DNA of 64,000 nucleotides from Eledone cirrhosa (taxonomy: Eukaryota): NCBI GenBank assembly GCA_964016885.1, contig OZ024746.1, forward strand, positions 50,592,001 to 50,656,000, read 5' to 3'. Position 1 is the first letter of the stretch. Every line of letters begins with the position of its first letter. Shown here one piece after another: positions 52,341 through 64,000 of the stretch. Position numbers and translations under genes: made by a program. Below the pieces are notes generated by a model. That model did no database searches and had not been told where the DNA came from. It saw nothing but the letters and a program-made list of their open reading frames with translations.

Positions 52341-53972
52341 ATCATCATCATCATCATCATCTTCGTTTAACGTCCATTTTCCACGCTAGCATGGGTTAGA
52401 CGGGAGTTGTCCCACTTGAGGCAAGGCTGGTCGGGTGACCGTGTCTCGCTCATATAGGATTATCTGGCAGGTTTTCTACAGCTGGATGCCCTTCCTAACA
52501 CCAACCACATTTACAGTGTGGAACTGGGAACTTTTTACCGTGTTACCTACACGGCCACATTACAGCGTGGACTGTCTGTTTTTTGTCGTGACACCTACAC
52601 GATCTCGATCTCATTATCTCGTGCTGTTGGTGGGAGTGGGAGGATAGGGTGGGGGTAGTGGATTGGGGTGTATATTTGGTTAAGAGGTGCCTACTGACTG
52701 TAGGTTTCGCTTTGTACATAGGCAAGGCGGGTCTTCTGTATTACTGCGTAGCGCCAAAGATCTCGGTCCAGAGACATTGTCTTAGAGAGATGTAAGTGTG
52801 TAAGATCGGAATTTATCAGATCATCCCAGGTTTTTCTGGGTCTACCTACTCCGTAACTACCATCAATTTTGATCGCCCTGCACTTTTTTATGCAGCTGTC
52901 GTCTTTCATGTGCATCACGTGACCATACCAACGTAGTCTTCTCTCAAGTAAACAGCATCTGATCCCTCTTATTCCTAATTTCTCACTTAGTTCATTTATG
53001 CTTTGCTGTTCACGTATATTACTATTACACATCCAACGGAGCATGCATGCTTCGTTCCTTTCCAGTCTACGCAGGTCCTCTGCACGTAATGCCCATGTCT
53101 CACTGCCATGTAGCATTGCTGTTCGTATACAGGCATCATACAATCTGCTTTCATTTTTAGAGAGAAACCTTTTGTGGCCAACAGCGGTATAAGCTCTCTG
53201 AACTTTTTCCATCCCGTTCTGACTCTAGCTACTGTACTTTCAGAACTCCCTCCACCACTGCTGATTTCGTCACCCAGGTAACGGAAAGTGTCTACTATTT
53301 CTATAGAACCATCTGGGCAATAGAAGGAGCTAGTATCCTTTGGACACTTGTTACTTATTGCACCTCACCTGAGCATTGGCCACATATAAAGTCTACGTTC
53401 TTAGATAGTTTACCTGTGATCCCACTACATCTTTTATGTACCCATACTTTGCATTTGGGACATAAAATGGAATTTCTGCCTACTCCTTTCCTAACCATGG
53501 CCATTTCCCTGAGGGCACCTGTGCCCTATTTTCCTTTCTACAAACTAGAACTTTAGTCTTAGACAAGTTAACTTTAAGGCCTTTTGATTCTAGGCCATGC
53601 TTCCATGTTTCGAATTTCTTCTCTAGTTCAGCCATTGATTCAGCTATCAGCGTTAGATCATCTGCGTATAGGAGTTCCCATGGGCAGAGGAGTTCAAGAC
53701 CGGCTGCCCATGGGAACTCCTCTGTTATAGCCTGAAGGGCAATAATATATAAGAGGGGGCTAAGGACAGAGCCTTGATGAATGCCAACTTTTACACTAAA
53801 TTCTTCAGAATATTCATTGTTAATTCTAACCTTACTGACTGTTTCATTATACATAACTTGTATATCTCTCACAAGCCATTCATCTACACCTAGTTTTCTA
53901 AGAGCCCACCAGATAATGGATTGGGGGACTCTGTCAAAAGCTTTCTCCAGGTCTACAAAAGCTAAGTAGAGG

Positions 53973-53975
<3 letters not shown>
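52341..53975 (-). mobile_element. RTE family A, 5'-truncated (RT, C-terminus, 3' UTR)
   Basis: GIHQGSVLSPLL..YADD..RRLRWYGHV; (GAT)n tail; frameshifted. Confidence 0.93.
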
Positions 53976-54010
<35 letters not shown>

Positions 54011-54697
54011 TTACAATCCTCGGTTCACCAGGAGTTTAAAATGGATGATAAAGTTGTCGACAGTTAAATATCTTGTTGTTAAGGACAGTTCCGGTAGCAG
54101 ATCATGAATATTTAATATTACAAAAAATATCAAGGTTACTATCTTACATTCATTCCTTTATTTTTACGTCCGTTTCTAAGTGATTGCTTGCTCTACGTTG
54201 TTTTGATATTGTATTTATTCTTGACACCTTTTCACGTTGGTAAACCTTATTTTATCCTTTATAATGAGGATATACAAGTTATAGGTAATATGTATGTTGT
54301 AGTTAATTGTTAATAATTTCCAGTTGTTCCGCAAATACATGTACCATTATGACTGTATTGAAACAGATGTAGTAATAAAGGAATGGATCTATGTTGGTCA
54401 TCTTGATTTTTTTGTAATATTGAATTTTGTAACAATTAACTAATTAACTACCCCTGACTTCTGTCTTGTTTCCATTGTTCTATACAGACAGACACACACA
54501 CATATCTGTATTGTGTGTGTATATATATATATATATATATTTACATACACACTAACTGAATTCAATATATGCCTATTAAAACTGCATGGTGTCTCCTAAT
54601 TAACCTTGTCTCACCTAACCCTAACCTCCTGTCCATCATTTCACTGTTAGTGTGTTGCACGGCGTTAAGTTTTGTTACCTACAACTTTCTGTTTCAG

Positions 54698-54862
54698 TTC
54701 CAGTAGATGGTGTTAAAGGCAAGACATGGGGTCCAAGCTCGGTTCAGAAGGACCGACACCAACGGACATCTGTCAGTCGCTGGTCAAAGAGTGTTCCTAA
54801 CCTGGAGAAATCCCTTTCTCAGTTAGGTGGACATGCAAATATGGGTGCTTTGAAGGAGCTGT
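54698..54862 (+). CDS. MAP3K9: MLK exon: KGKTWGPSS and SKSVPNL motifs
   Basis: ctttctgtttcag|TT ... T|gtaagt; (F)PVDGVKGKTWGPSSVQKDRHQRTSVSRWSKSVPNLEKSLSQLGGHANMGALKEL; motifs typical of MLK C-terminal regions. Confidence 0.88.
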
Positions 54863-57780
54863 GTAAGTTATTTGGTCTCTTTCGTGTCTGGTTTAGGGAT
54901 TCATTCTTTTTTTTTTTTGTGTCCATTGTGTGGTGGTGGAAGGGTTTTTGGTACCTCATTGTGAATGGTCATTTTGACTCTTTCACCTAGCCTATTCAGA
55001 AAGACAGAGAGAGGAAGAGGAGAAATTGACCTTGATCTCAATGCTTAACTGATACTTCATTTATCAACACCAAAAAGGATGGAAGTCAAAGTTGGCCATG
55101 GCAGGATTTGAATTTAGAGTGCAGAGAGCTGGATTGAATACCGCAAAGCATTCTATCTAACATCCTAATGAGCCTGCCAATTTGCCATTTCAAGGTTTAG
55201 GGATGTGTGTATGTGTGTATGTTTGTGTGAAAGAGAAAGCAGCGAGGTGGGAAATGTATTTATTTTGGTGGAGGTCACATATGGAAGGACACAGGTTTTG
55301 CTGCAAGTCATTTCAATATTTTTTTGGTCCTTTTCTCATCTTATGCTATGTAGTGCATTATATATTCTAAAGTTCTCAATAAAGGACTACTATCATGTTT
55401 CTGCATGTGTGTGTGTGGATGTAAGCATGATTGAATGGTTAAGAAGCTCATTTTGCAATTGTAAAGGTCCAAGGTTCAATCTTATTGTGTGGCATCTTGG
55501 ACAACACATGCCAGCATGGAAAACATGTAAAATGATTATCTTGAGCCCCAGCTCAACCCAAGCTTTCTGGAGGAAGTCTATTATTTGGACTATACCTGTT
55601 ATTCAAAGGGTCAACCTTGTCACACTGTGTTACACTGAACCTCTCTGAGAATTATGTTTAGTGTACATGTGCCTGTGAAGGCACATGGCTTAGTGGTTAG
55701 AGCGTCGGGCTTACAATCGCGATGTTGTGACTTCGATTCTCAGACTGGGCTTTGCGTTGTTCTTGAGCAAGGCACTTTATTTCACGTTGCTCCAGTCCAC
55801 TCAGCTGTAGAAATGAGTTGTGACACTGGCCTTTGCCTTTCTCTTGGACAACATCGGTGGCATTTAGAGGAGAGACTGGTATGCATGGGCGACTGCTCGT
55901 TTTCCACAAACAACCTTGCCCGAATTTGTGCCTCGGAGGGGAACTTACGAGGTGCAAATCCCATGGTCATTGATGGCCGAAGGGGGGGGGGGGGTTCTTT
56001 ACTCCTTTTACATGTGCCTGTGAAATGCTCAGCCATTTACTCAATAAAACAAGATAGTTTGTGCCTGTATTCAAAGGACCATCTTTGACACATTGTATGA
56101 CACTAAATCTCACTATGGATAATGTTAAGAGTTCATGTGTCTGTGGAATGGTTTGCTATTTGCATGTTAATTTCAGGAGCAGATAATTCTGTTGATCAAG
56201 CAATTTGAACACCCGTTGTTGAAACCGATGAAGGTTCATTTCATGTGTGTGTCCTACAACTTTGCAGTTTGTCAGTTGAAGATCAGTAAAATAAGAACCA
56301 TACTAAATAAATAGAAAAAGGTTGGCATCTGGAAGAGGGCTCAGATATAGAATACTGCTTGAAAACAGTCTCGACAACCCTATCAGTATGGAAAAGTGAA
56401 TGAAAAAAAGGATGATGATGTATGTGAATAATGTGTGTGTGTGTGTATAATACTTGTATGTTAGGTTATATTGGAGTTTACCAATATATATCCTGGGAAA
56501 GATTATAGAAGCTCAATGCTAATCAATATCCTTGGTCCAGCAGTAACCAAAACAGACTGAAGGAATTTTCAACCTCTGTAGTTTACACTATAGTGTGTGT
56601 AATAGATTCCTTACTTGGTATCTCTTCATAGGTTTGGGGGATAAGATCCAGTGGCTAGCTTTAGCTTTTCTATCATACATATATTTCAATTAATGGACTG
56701 GATACAGTGTATAAATAAATATACCTCTTTATGGTATCTATTTCTAGTTAGGTGGATGAGCCACTGAAAGTTCAAGTTTTTCCTTTCTCAGCATGCTTTG
56801 TCATATGAACTTACTTTTTAACTGTATTTCCCAGCATGCTCAGTGTTACAGTGTCCCAGCATACCTTGTGACATTGTACCCAGCATGCATTGATGTTTAG
56901 CTCTTACGTCTTCTGACAACCACTGTATGTATATGCAATGATTGTTGCATGTGTTTGTTGTTTTTGCTTGTGTTTTGTTGGTATTGTTGATGCATGTTGT
57001 TGTTGTTGTTGTTGTTGTTGTTTTCATTGTTGCATGTGTTAATTTTGTTGCATGTGATGTATCATCACCATCATTATCATCATCATCATAAGAACCATGA
57101 ACACCATCATCATTACCACCCTCATGAACACTACCACCACCACCACCATCACCATTGTCTCTAAAACTGTCATCATCATCAACACCATCATCGTCATCAT
57201 TACATTTCAACCACCTACTTCATCATCACTTCTGTTATCATACCTCCACTATACCACCACTATAATCCCCCCCCCCCCCCCCCCAACACTATAGTCATTC
57301 CAACCATCAAGAAGAGCATCTCAACCACCATTCCCACCGCCTCCACCATCTCCACTGCCTCCATCATTATGATCAACAGCATCACAAGCATCCATACCAC
57401 CATCACCACCAGCACTATTGTCATTCTGACCATCAAGAACAGCACCGCACCCAACGTCTCCCCAGACACACACACACACACACACTCCACCATCTCCATC
57501 TCCCTCCATCATTATGGTCAACAGCATCACAGTCATCCTTATCACCACCACCACTGCCACCACCACCTCCTCCACTGCCACCACCATCACCACTGCCACC
57601 ACCACCTCCTCCACCGCCACCACCACCTCCTTCGCCACCGCCACCACCATCGCCACCACCACCACTGCCACCACCACTGCCACCACCACTGCCGCCGCTG
57701 CCACCACCACCACCACCACCACCATCATTGTAATATATTTTCTCTGTTCTTCCATTTCTATCTGATTCTGTCTTTTCCAG

Positions 57781-58925
57781 ATGATGATGAAGATAGTTGG
57801 CCGTTAGATTTGGACAGCAAGTACACCCTGTCTCCGAATGGTCGCAGTTCTACATCTGGGATGTCTCCAACTTCAGAGAGCGGCAACATCAAACGGTTCT
57901 CCGTCCGCAAACAGTGCGATGTTGAGCTGTATAATATGGCGGCCATATTGGCTGTGTTTGGCGCTGGCTTTGATATTCGTATCTCCAACAAGACCAGCGT
58001 GCATCCTAACAAGCACTCATCTTTTGACAGTCCCTGGAACATTTCTAATGCAGGCCGTGGGAAGGAGCTCCCTTATAATAAAGGACGGGATCCTTATTTC
58101 ACTGCAATGCAGGACTCGGGGATTAGCCCGACTGAAGGCGACTATAAAGCTATGTCGGGTAACCAAGGTTCATATTATCATCACACTTATCATGGTGCAC
58201 AAACACCACGCTACCGTCCCACGCCGGACTTCAAGAAACCCATGCATTTCTGTGAACAATCTGCTGATGAGTTAAGTCAAAACAAGGCTGAGTTGTACCC
58301 ACCAGGCACATCTCAAGTCGATAGTGAATCGAACTTAATAAACCTAGCATCTGAGAGGTATGGTTGGTACGCTCTACAGAGGCAGTCCTCTGAAGGTAGC
58401 AATTATGATTCCGCGCGGAGTTCCAAAAACGCAAGCACACATCGTCACTCAGTGACATTTGAAGATGAACAGAACCCCGATTACAAACTACCTACTTATA
58501 CCCACAAACGCACACCGTCAAATACCTCCACTGCATCGAACGACTATGAGGGTTACCACCATAGTGAATGGCGGGAATACGGTACAAGGCCTGTAGAACC
58601 GCCATCATCTCTGGACCTCTATCGTCAGCCGACTCCATTAGGGCGATACCCCAACCAACAACCACCACCACATGCACAACAACACCAATACCACCACCCA
58701 CAAGCGCTGCACCTGCGCGACTCACCATATGAATCTACCCCCTATGGATCGGCTCGATCAAGACTCTCTCCTGGTAGCGCTCTGCCTCACAACCTCCTTG
58801 ATATTGATGTGGAGGGACAAAGCCAGGACAGCACCCAGCCCTTAATGGAAACACAGATTATGACCCCACAGCATCGTGGAACCCTTAATATAACTGAGCT
58901 GGAGAAAGAATTTTTACGCAATTGA
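57781..58925 (+). CDS. MAP3K9: MLK last coding exon (Ser/Pro-rich tail) to TGA stop
   Basis: tcttttccag|AT, phase 1 matches the upstream donor; about 380 open codons including HKRTPS and LLDIDVEGQSQDSTQPL, which resemble conserved MLK C-terminal motifs. Confidence 0.88.
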
Positions 58926-59559
58926 TAACAACAACATTAACAGCAATTATAATAATAATAACAATAATAATAATAATTTTATTATCAATAATAATAATAA
59001 TATTAATAATAATAATAATAATAATAGTAATAGTAATGGTAATAATTATAACAAAGATAACACTATGGGTGTTATTAACTAACGATTAATGTATCTTTAT
59101 TCACCAGTTTTCTCATGTGGGGTGGTCATAACTAGACTGTTTGGAGAAAACCCCTTCACCAGCCCATCCCTGGGTCTGTTCCACTATGATAACAGCAATG
59201 AAGATGATGATGACAGTGGTGATGACACAGCTAGGTAGACAGGTGTGTGTCTATGACCACAATACAAGTGTGGTTTGCTTAGGAGGCTTGATGTGTGATC
59301 GTAATGCCGTCGGTTCGATTCCTGGATAGGCTGTGTTGTTGTGTTCTTCAGCAAGACACTTTATTTCACATTGCTCCAGTACACTCAGCTGAGAGTGAGT
59401 ACCAGTGGTAGCTGAGGAGTTAATCCTGAGATAGACTGGCGTCCTATCCAGGGAGAGTCTTGTACTTAACGCCAATGAAACTGGGGATAAGCACCAGCTT
59501 GATGAGCCTTCAGCTTAGAACAGATTTTAACTCTACCTACCATAGTCTACCTAAGTTAG

Positions 59560-60172
59560 TTGAGTTGTATGTCTTGTCTAAGGTACACCGCATAGTGGTA
59601 GCTATATTACATAGCTTGATAGTCAGGTAAACAGAGTTGTGTGTCTTGTCTAAGGTACACAACATAGTGGTAGCTATATTACATAGCTTGATAGTCAGGT
59701 AAACAGAGTTATGTGTCTTGTCTAAGGTACACAACATAGTGGTAGCTATATTACATAGCTTGATAGTCAGGTAAACAGAGTTATGTGTCTTGTCTAAGGT
59801 ACACAACATAGTGGTAGCTATATTACATAGCTTGATAGTCAGGTAAACAGAGTTGTATGTCTTGTCTAAGGTACACAACAAAGTGGTAGCTATATTACAT
59901 AGCTTGATAGTCAGGTAAACAGAGTTGTATGTCTTGTCTAAGGTACACAACAAAGTGGTAACTATATTACATAGTTTGATAGTCAGGTAAACAGATAGCT
60001 TGATAGTCAGGTAAACAGAGTTGTATGTCTTGTCTAAGGTACACAACAAAGTGGTAGCTATATTACATAGCTTGATAGTCAGGTAAACAGAGTTGTGTGT
60101 CTTGTCTAATGTACACAGCATAGTGGTAGCTATATTACATAGCTTGATAGTCAGGTCTGTCTTGTCTAAGGC
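59560..60172. repeat. 72-bp minisatellite, about 8 copies, downstream of the MLK stop
   Basis: AGGTACAC at 59581, 59653 and so on; produces the 24-aa periodic minus-strand ORF. Confidence 0.93.
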
Positions 60173-60962
60173 ATTCAATCCAGTGGGAGCTATAGTGTAC
60201 TGCTAGGTAGAGTGTGGTGAGTGGTGAATCTTATGTTAGGTGTATAATAATAGGTAACTATATTATCTATACTACACAGGTAGATAGTGTGGTAGGTTGT
60301 GTGGTGTGTCATGTCTAAGGTACACAATGCAATGGTTGCTAGCTGTAGGTAAAGTAGATGATCATTGATCAGGCATCCACCCACCCACCCACCTATTCTC
60401 AATGTGTGAACCACTGCCACCACCTTCATACCATAATATTTTGACACTAATGGACATTATCATCATCATCATCGATTTGTTATCACTGAGTGTGTATATG
60501 TGTACAATATAAATAAATACACACACACACACACCATCATCTTACGTCAGCTTTTCCCTGCTTGCAAGGGTTGGACGGGAGTGTCCTGTCTGCTGACCTT
60601 GTCTTGCTCATACGGGAACTGATTCTGGCTTGATTTCTACAGCTGGATGCCTTTCCTAACACCAACCTTATTTACAGTGAGTGCTGGGTGGTTTTTTTCC
60701 GTGGTGCCTACACATCCACTTTACAGTGTGGGCTGGGTACTTTTTTGCCGTGGCACCTCCACGACCACTTTGCAGTGGAATGTTAGGGAACCCAGTCCTA
60801 TCATCTCATTTCTACAGCTGAGTAAACTGGAGCAATGTGAAATAAAGTGTCTTGCTCAAGGAAACAACACATCACTCGGTTCGAGAATTGAACTCGCAAC
60901 CTTTCGATTGCAAGCCCCTCTAACCACTAAGCCATGTGCCTTCATATATGTGTATATGTATA

Positions 60963-61000
<38 letters not shown>

Positions 61001-61229
61001 ATATATGTATGTTTGTATATATGTATGTGTGTATGTATGTATGTGTGTGTATATGTTTGTGTGTGTATATATATGTATATATATGTATGTGTATATATAT
61101 ATATATATGTATATATATATGTATGTGTATATATATATGTATATATATATATGTATATATATATATGTATGTGTATATATATATGTATGTGTATATATAT
61201 ATGTATGTATATATATATATATATGTATG

Positions 61230-61260
<31 letters not shown>

Positions 61261-61779
61261 GTATGTATATATGTGTGTATGTATGTATATGTATGTATGT
61301 ATATATATATATGTATGTATATATATATATGTATATATATATTGAGCAACCAACCTTGTCTCAAGTGGGACAACTCCGGTCTAACCCATGCTAGCGTGGA
61401 AAATGGACGTTAAACGATGATGATGATGATATGTGTGTATATATATAAATGTGTGTGTGTGTATATATATATTATATGTATTTATATATGTATATGTATA
61501 TTCATATATATAAGCATTAAGAAGAGCATCCAGCTACAGAAACCAAGCTAGGAACAGTTCAGTATAAGCAAGATGCTGTCTCTTGACCTGACTTCTCTCA
61601 GCGTGATGTCTGGTCTAATCCATGCAAGCATAGAACATAGACATTAAATGGTGCTGATGATGATAATATATATAGATTTGGCAGTGCAGTTAAGTCACAA
61701 TTCTCTGTCGTGTGAGTCACTGGTGTAGGTTTTCAGCTATGATTATATATATATATATAGCTAGGGCAGGTAAAATTCA

Positions 61780-62115
61780 CGAGATCCAGTGGTATCTGTC
61801 CCTTATCATCGCCGCCATGTCCTGTGTCTCCTAGAGACCACCGTCTGTCCTTAGGGCATCAATATATATCAACCTCGATCTCCCTCTTCTAGTGTGTCTG
61901 TGTAGGGGCTCCGACAGGTGCAGTGTCAACCTGAATGTCGGTGAGCCTGTCCAGCTAACCTCAGTCTCTTCTGTGTTACTTTTGAGCTGACTTTTGGGAG
62001 GCTCCCATACAGCTCTGAGTTCTTCATCCTCAGTGTATACTGATTAATGTTCAGAGCCATTCTCACCACTTCCGTGTAGCACTCATCCACCATACTTTTT
62101 TTACAGTGAACTAAC
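61780..62115 (-). mobile_element. Old RTE-like LINE 3' fragment (third family)
   Basis: YTEVVRMALNI..ELYGSLPKVSSKVTQKRLRLAG. Confidence 0.7.
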
Positions 62116-62465
62116 AAGAGCTATTTTTTTGTGAGGGCTGGGGTGTTTATTGAATCTTTTGATACAAAAATTTACATTTTTCAAATTATTATTATTATTA
62201 TAATTTTAAATATTTTTTTCTATTGATCTGCGAGATACATCAAAGTTTTCCATTCATACACGAAGAGAAATTTTTGAACGTGCCTGTGTCTATCTTCATT
62301 GGTGTCTTGTCAATGTCTTTATAGATGTATTTTTTTGTATCACCCCAGTTGTACTATTTAGAAATATGATGATCAAAGCATATTTCCTATATACCATAAT
62401 GATTTTTTCAATAGATATTTTTATCATTATTGTTATTATTTTTATTATTATTATTATTATTAAGA

Positions 62466-63968
62466 TGGTGGTGGATTGGCAGAATCGGTAGAGCATCGAA
62501 CAAAATGCTTTGCAGTATTTAGTTGCATGCCTTTATGCTCTGAGTTCAAATCACTTTATGGTCAATAAAATAAGTACCAGTAAAATACTGGGCTGGATAT
62601 AATTGCGCCCCCCCATCCCCCCAACTTCCTTTGAAAATCTATGGTCTAGTACCAATAATAGGTATCCATATCAAAAGGTGGCAGATGGCAGATTTGGTAG
62701 TGTTGGAAAAAGTGCCTTGCAGTATTTAATATCCCACTTAGGATAAATTTATCATTTGGGCAATGAAATAGTTACCAGTTAAAATACTTGGCTTGATATT
62801 ATTGACTGTATTCTTTCTCTAAATTTCTGACCTTGTGCTTATAATATAATTATTATTATGAGGGCAGTGGAATTTCAGCATTTGTTCCTGCTCTTTACAT
62901 TCTGAGTTCAAATCCTGCTGAGGTCAACTTTGCTTTTTATCCTTCCAGGGTTGATGAAATAAATGCAGTTGATATAATTGATTTTCCCCTCTGTACAAAT
63001 TGCAGGCTTTTGCCTAGATTAGAAATTTAGAAATCATTGTGGATTGGCAGTATCGGTAGAGGGTCGGACACCATGCTTTGCAGCAAAGAGTTATGGCCCT
63101 TTATGGTCTGAGTTCAAATCCCGCCGAAGTTAACTTTGCCTTTCATCCTTACGGGGTCGATAAAATAAAGTACCAGTAATACACTGGGATAATTGCTGGC
63201 CTTGTGCCAAAAGTAGAAACAATTATTTTTATGGGGTTAGCTTTGCCTTTCATCCTTACAGGGTCAACAAATAAAGCACCAGTAATGCACTGGGGTCGAT
63301 TTAATTGACTTTCCCCTCCCCCTTCAAATTGCTGACCTTGTGCCTAAAGTAGAAACAGTTATTATTAGAGTGATAGATTAACAATATCGTTAAAGTGTCA
63401 GAGAAAATGCTTTATAGTATTTAGTTACAGCTCTTTATATTCTATTTTCAAGTCCCACCAAGTTTAGCTTTATCTTTTATCCTTCCAAGGTTGGTAAACT
63501 AAAGTACTAGTCAGGTACTGGGCTCAGTTTAATCGATTTTCCCATCCCACCTAAAATTGCCAGCCTTGTGCCTAAATTAGAAGTGGATTGGCAGTATTGG
63601 TAGAGGGTTGGACGCCATGCTGTGCAGCAAAGAGTTACGGCCCTTTTTGATCTGATTTCAAATCCCGCTGAGGTTAACTTTGCCTTTCATCCTTACGGGG
63701 TCGATAAAATAAAGTACCAGTATTACACTGGGATAATTGCTGGCCTTGTGCCAAAAGTAGAAACAATTATTTTGTAATGGATTGGCAGTATTGGTAGAGG
63801 GTCGGACGCCATGCTTTGTTGCAAAGAGTTAGGGCCCTTTATGATCTCATTTCAAATCCCGCCGAGGTTAACTTTGCCTTTCATCCTTACAGGGTCGATA
63901 AAATAAAGTACCAGTAATACACTGGGATAATTGCTGGCCTTGTGCCAAAAGTAGAAACAATTATTTTG
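62466..63968 (+). mobile_element. Head-to-tail cluster of about 7-8 S1-type SINEs
   Basis: Repeated GGATTGGCAGTAT(C/T)GGTAGAG..TTCAAATCCC..GTAGAAACAATT units, near-identical at 63038, 63583 and 63776. Confidence 0.88.
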
Positions 63969-64000
63969 TAGGACAAAATGTTTAGCTATATTTGTTTTGG

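Noticed and set aside
57369-57780. His-rich N-terminal part of the 518-aa ORF
   Set aside because: It is a (CAC)n intronic repeat that happens to be in frame; a strong acceptor at 57780 in the right phase marks the true exon start.
59537-60178. 213-aa Cys-containing repeat protein
   Set aside because: Product of a 72-bp minisatellite whose unit is a multiple of three; no splice signals or recognisable domain.

Overview
Eukaryotic, AT- and microsatellite-rich genomic DNA; the repeat landscape (RTE LINEs with (GAT)n tails, tRNA-derived CORE- and Meta-type SINEs) suggests an octopus or other coleoid cephalopod (inference). The only host gene found is the 3' part of a + strand mixed-lineage kinase (MLK, MAP3K9/10/11 family): seven GT-AG exons from 36689 to the stop at 58925, encoding the kinase C-lobe, leucine zippers, CRIB motif and C-terminal tail. 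No SH3 or N-lobe exon was found, so bases 1-36688 are probably one very long intron. The introns hold RTE LINEs, a restriction-like-endonuclease LINE fragment, a Naiad-like Penelope element with an inverted pLTR, mariner, Helitron and piggyBac-type relics, SINEs and satellites. The most striking signal is about a dozen type I hammerhead ribozyme motifs, folded by eye, from several sequence families. Many sit as inverted pairs in short fold-back elements, several share a 3' GTATTGAGTAC-like motif, and some have non-canonical cores (U3-A8, A4, C4). Most ORF-track entries are microsatellite artefacts.
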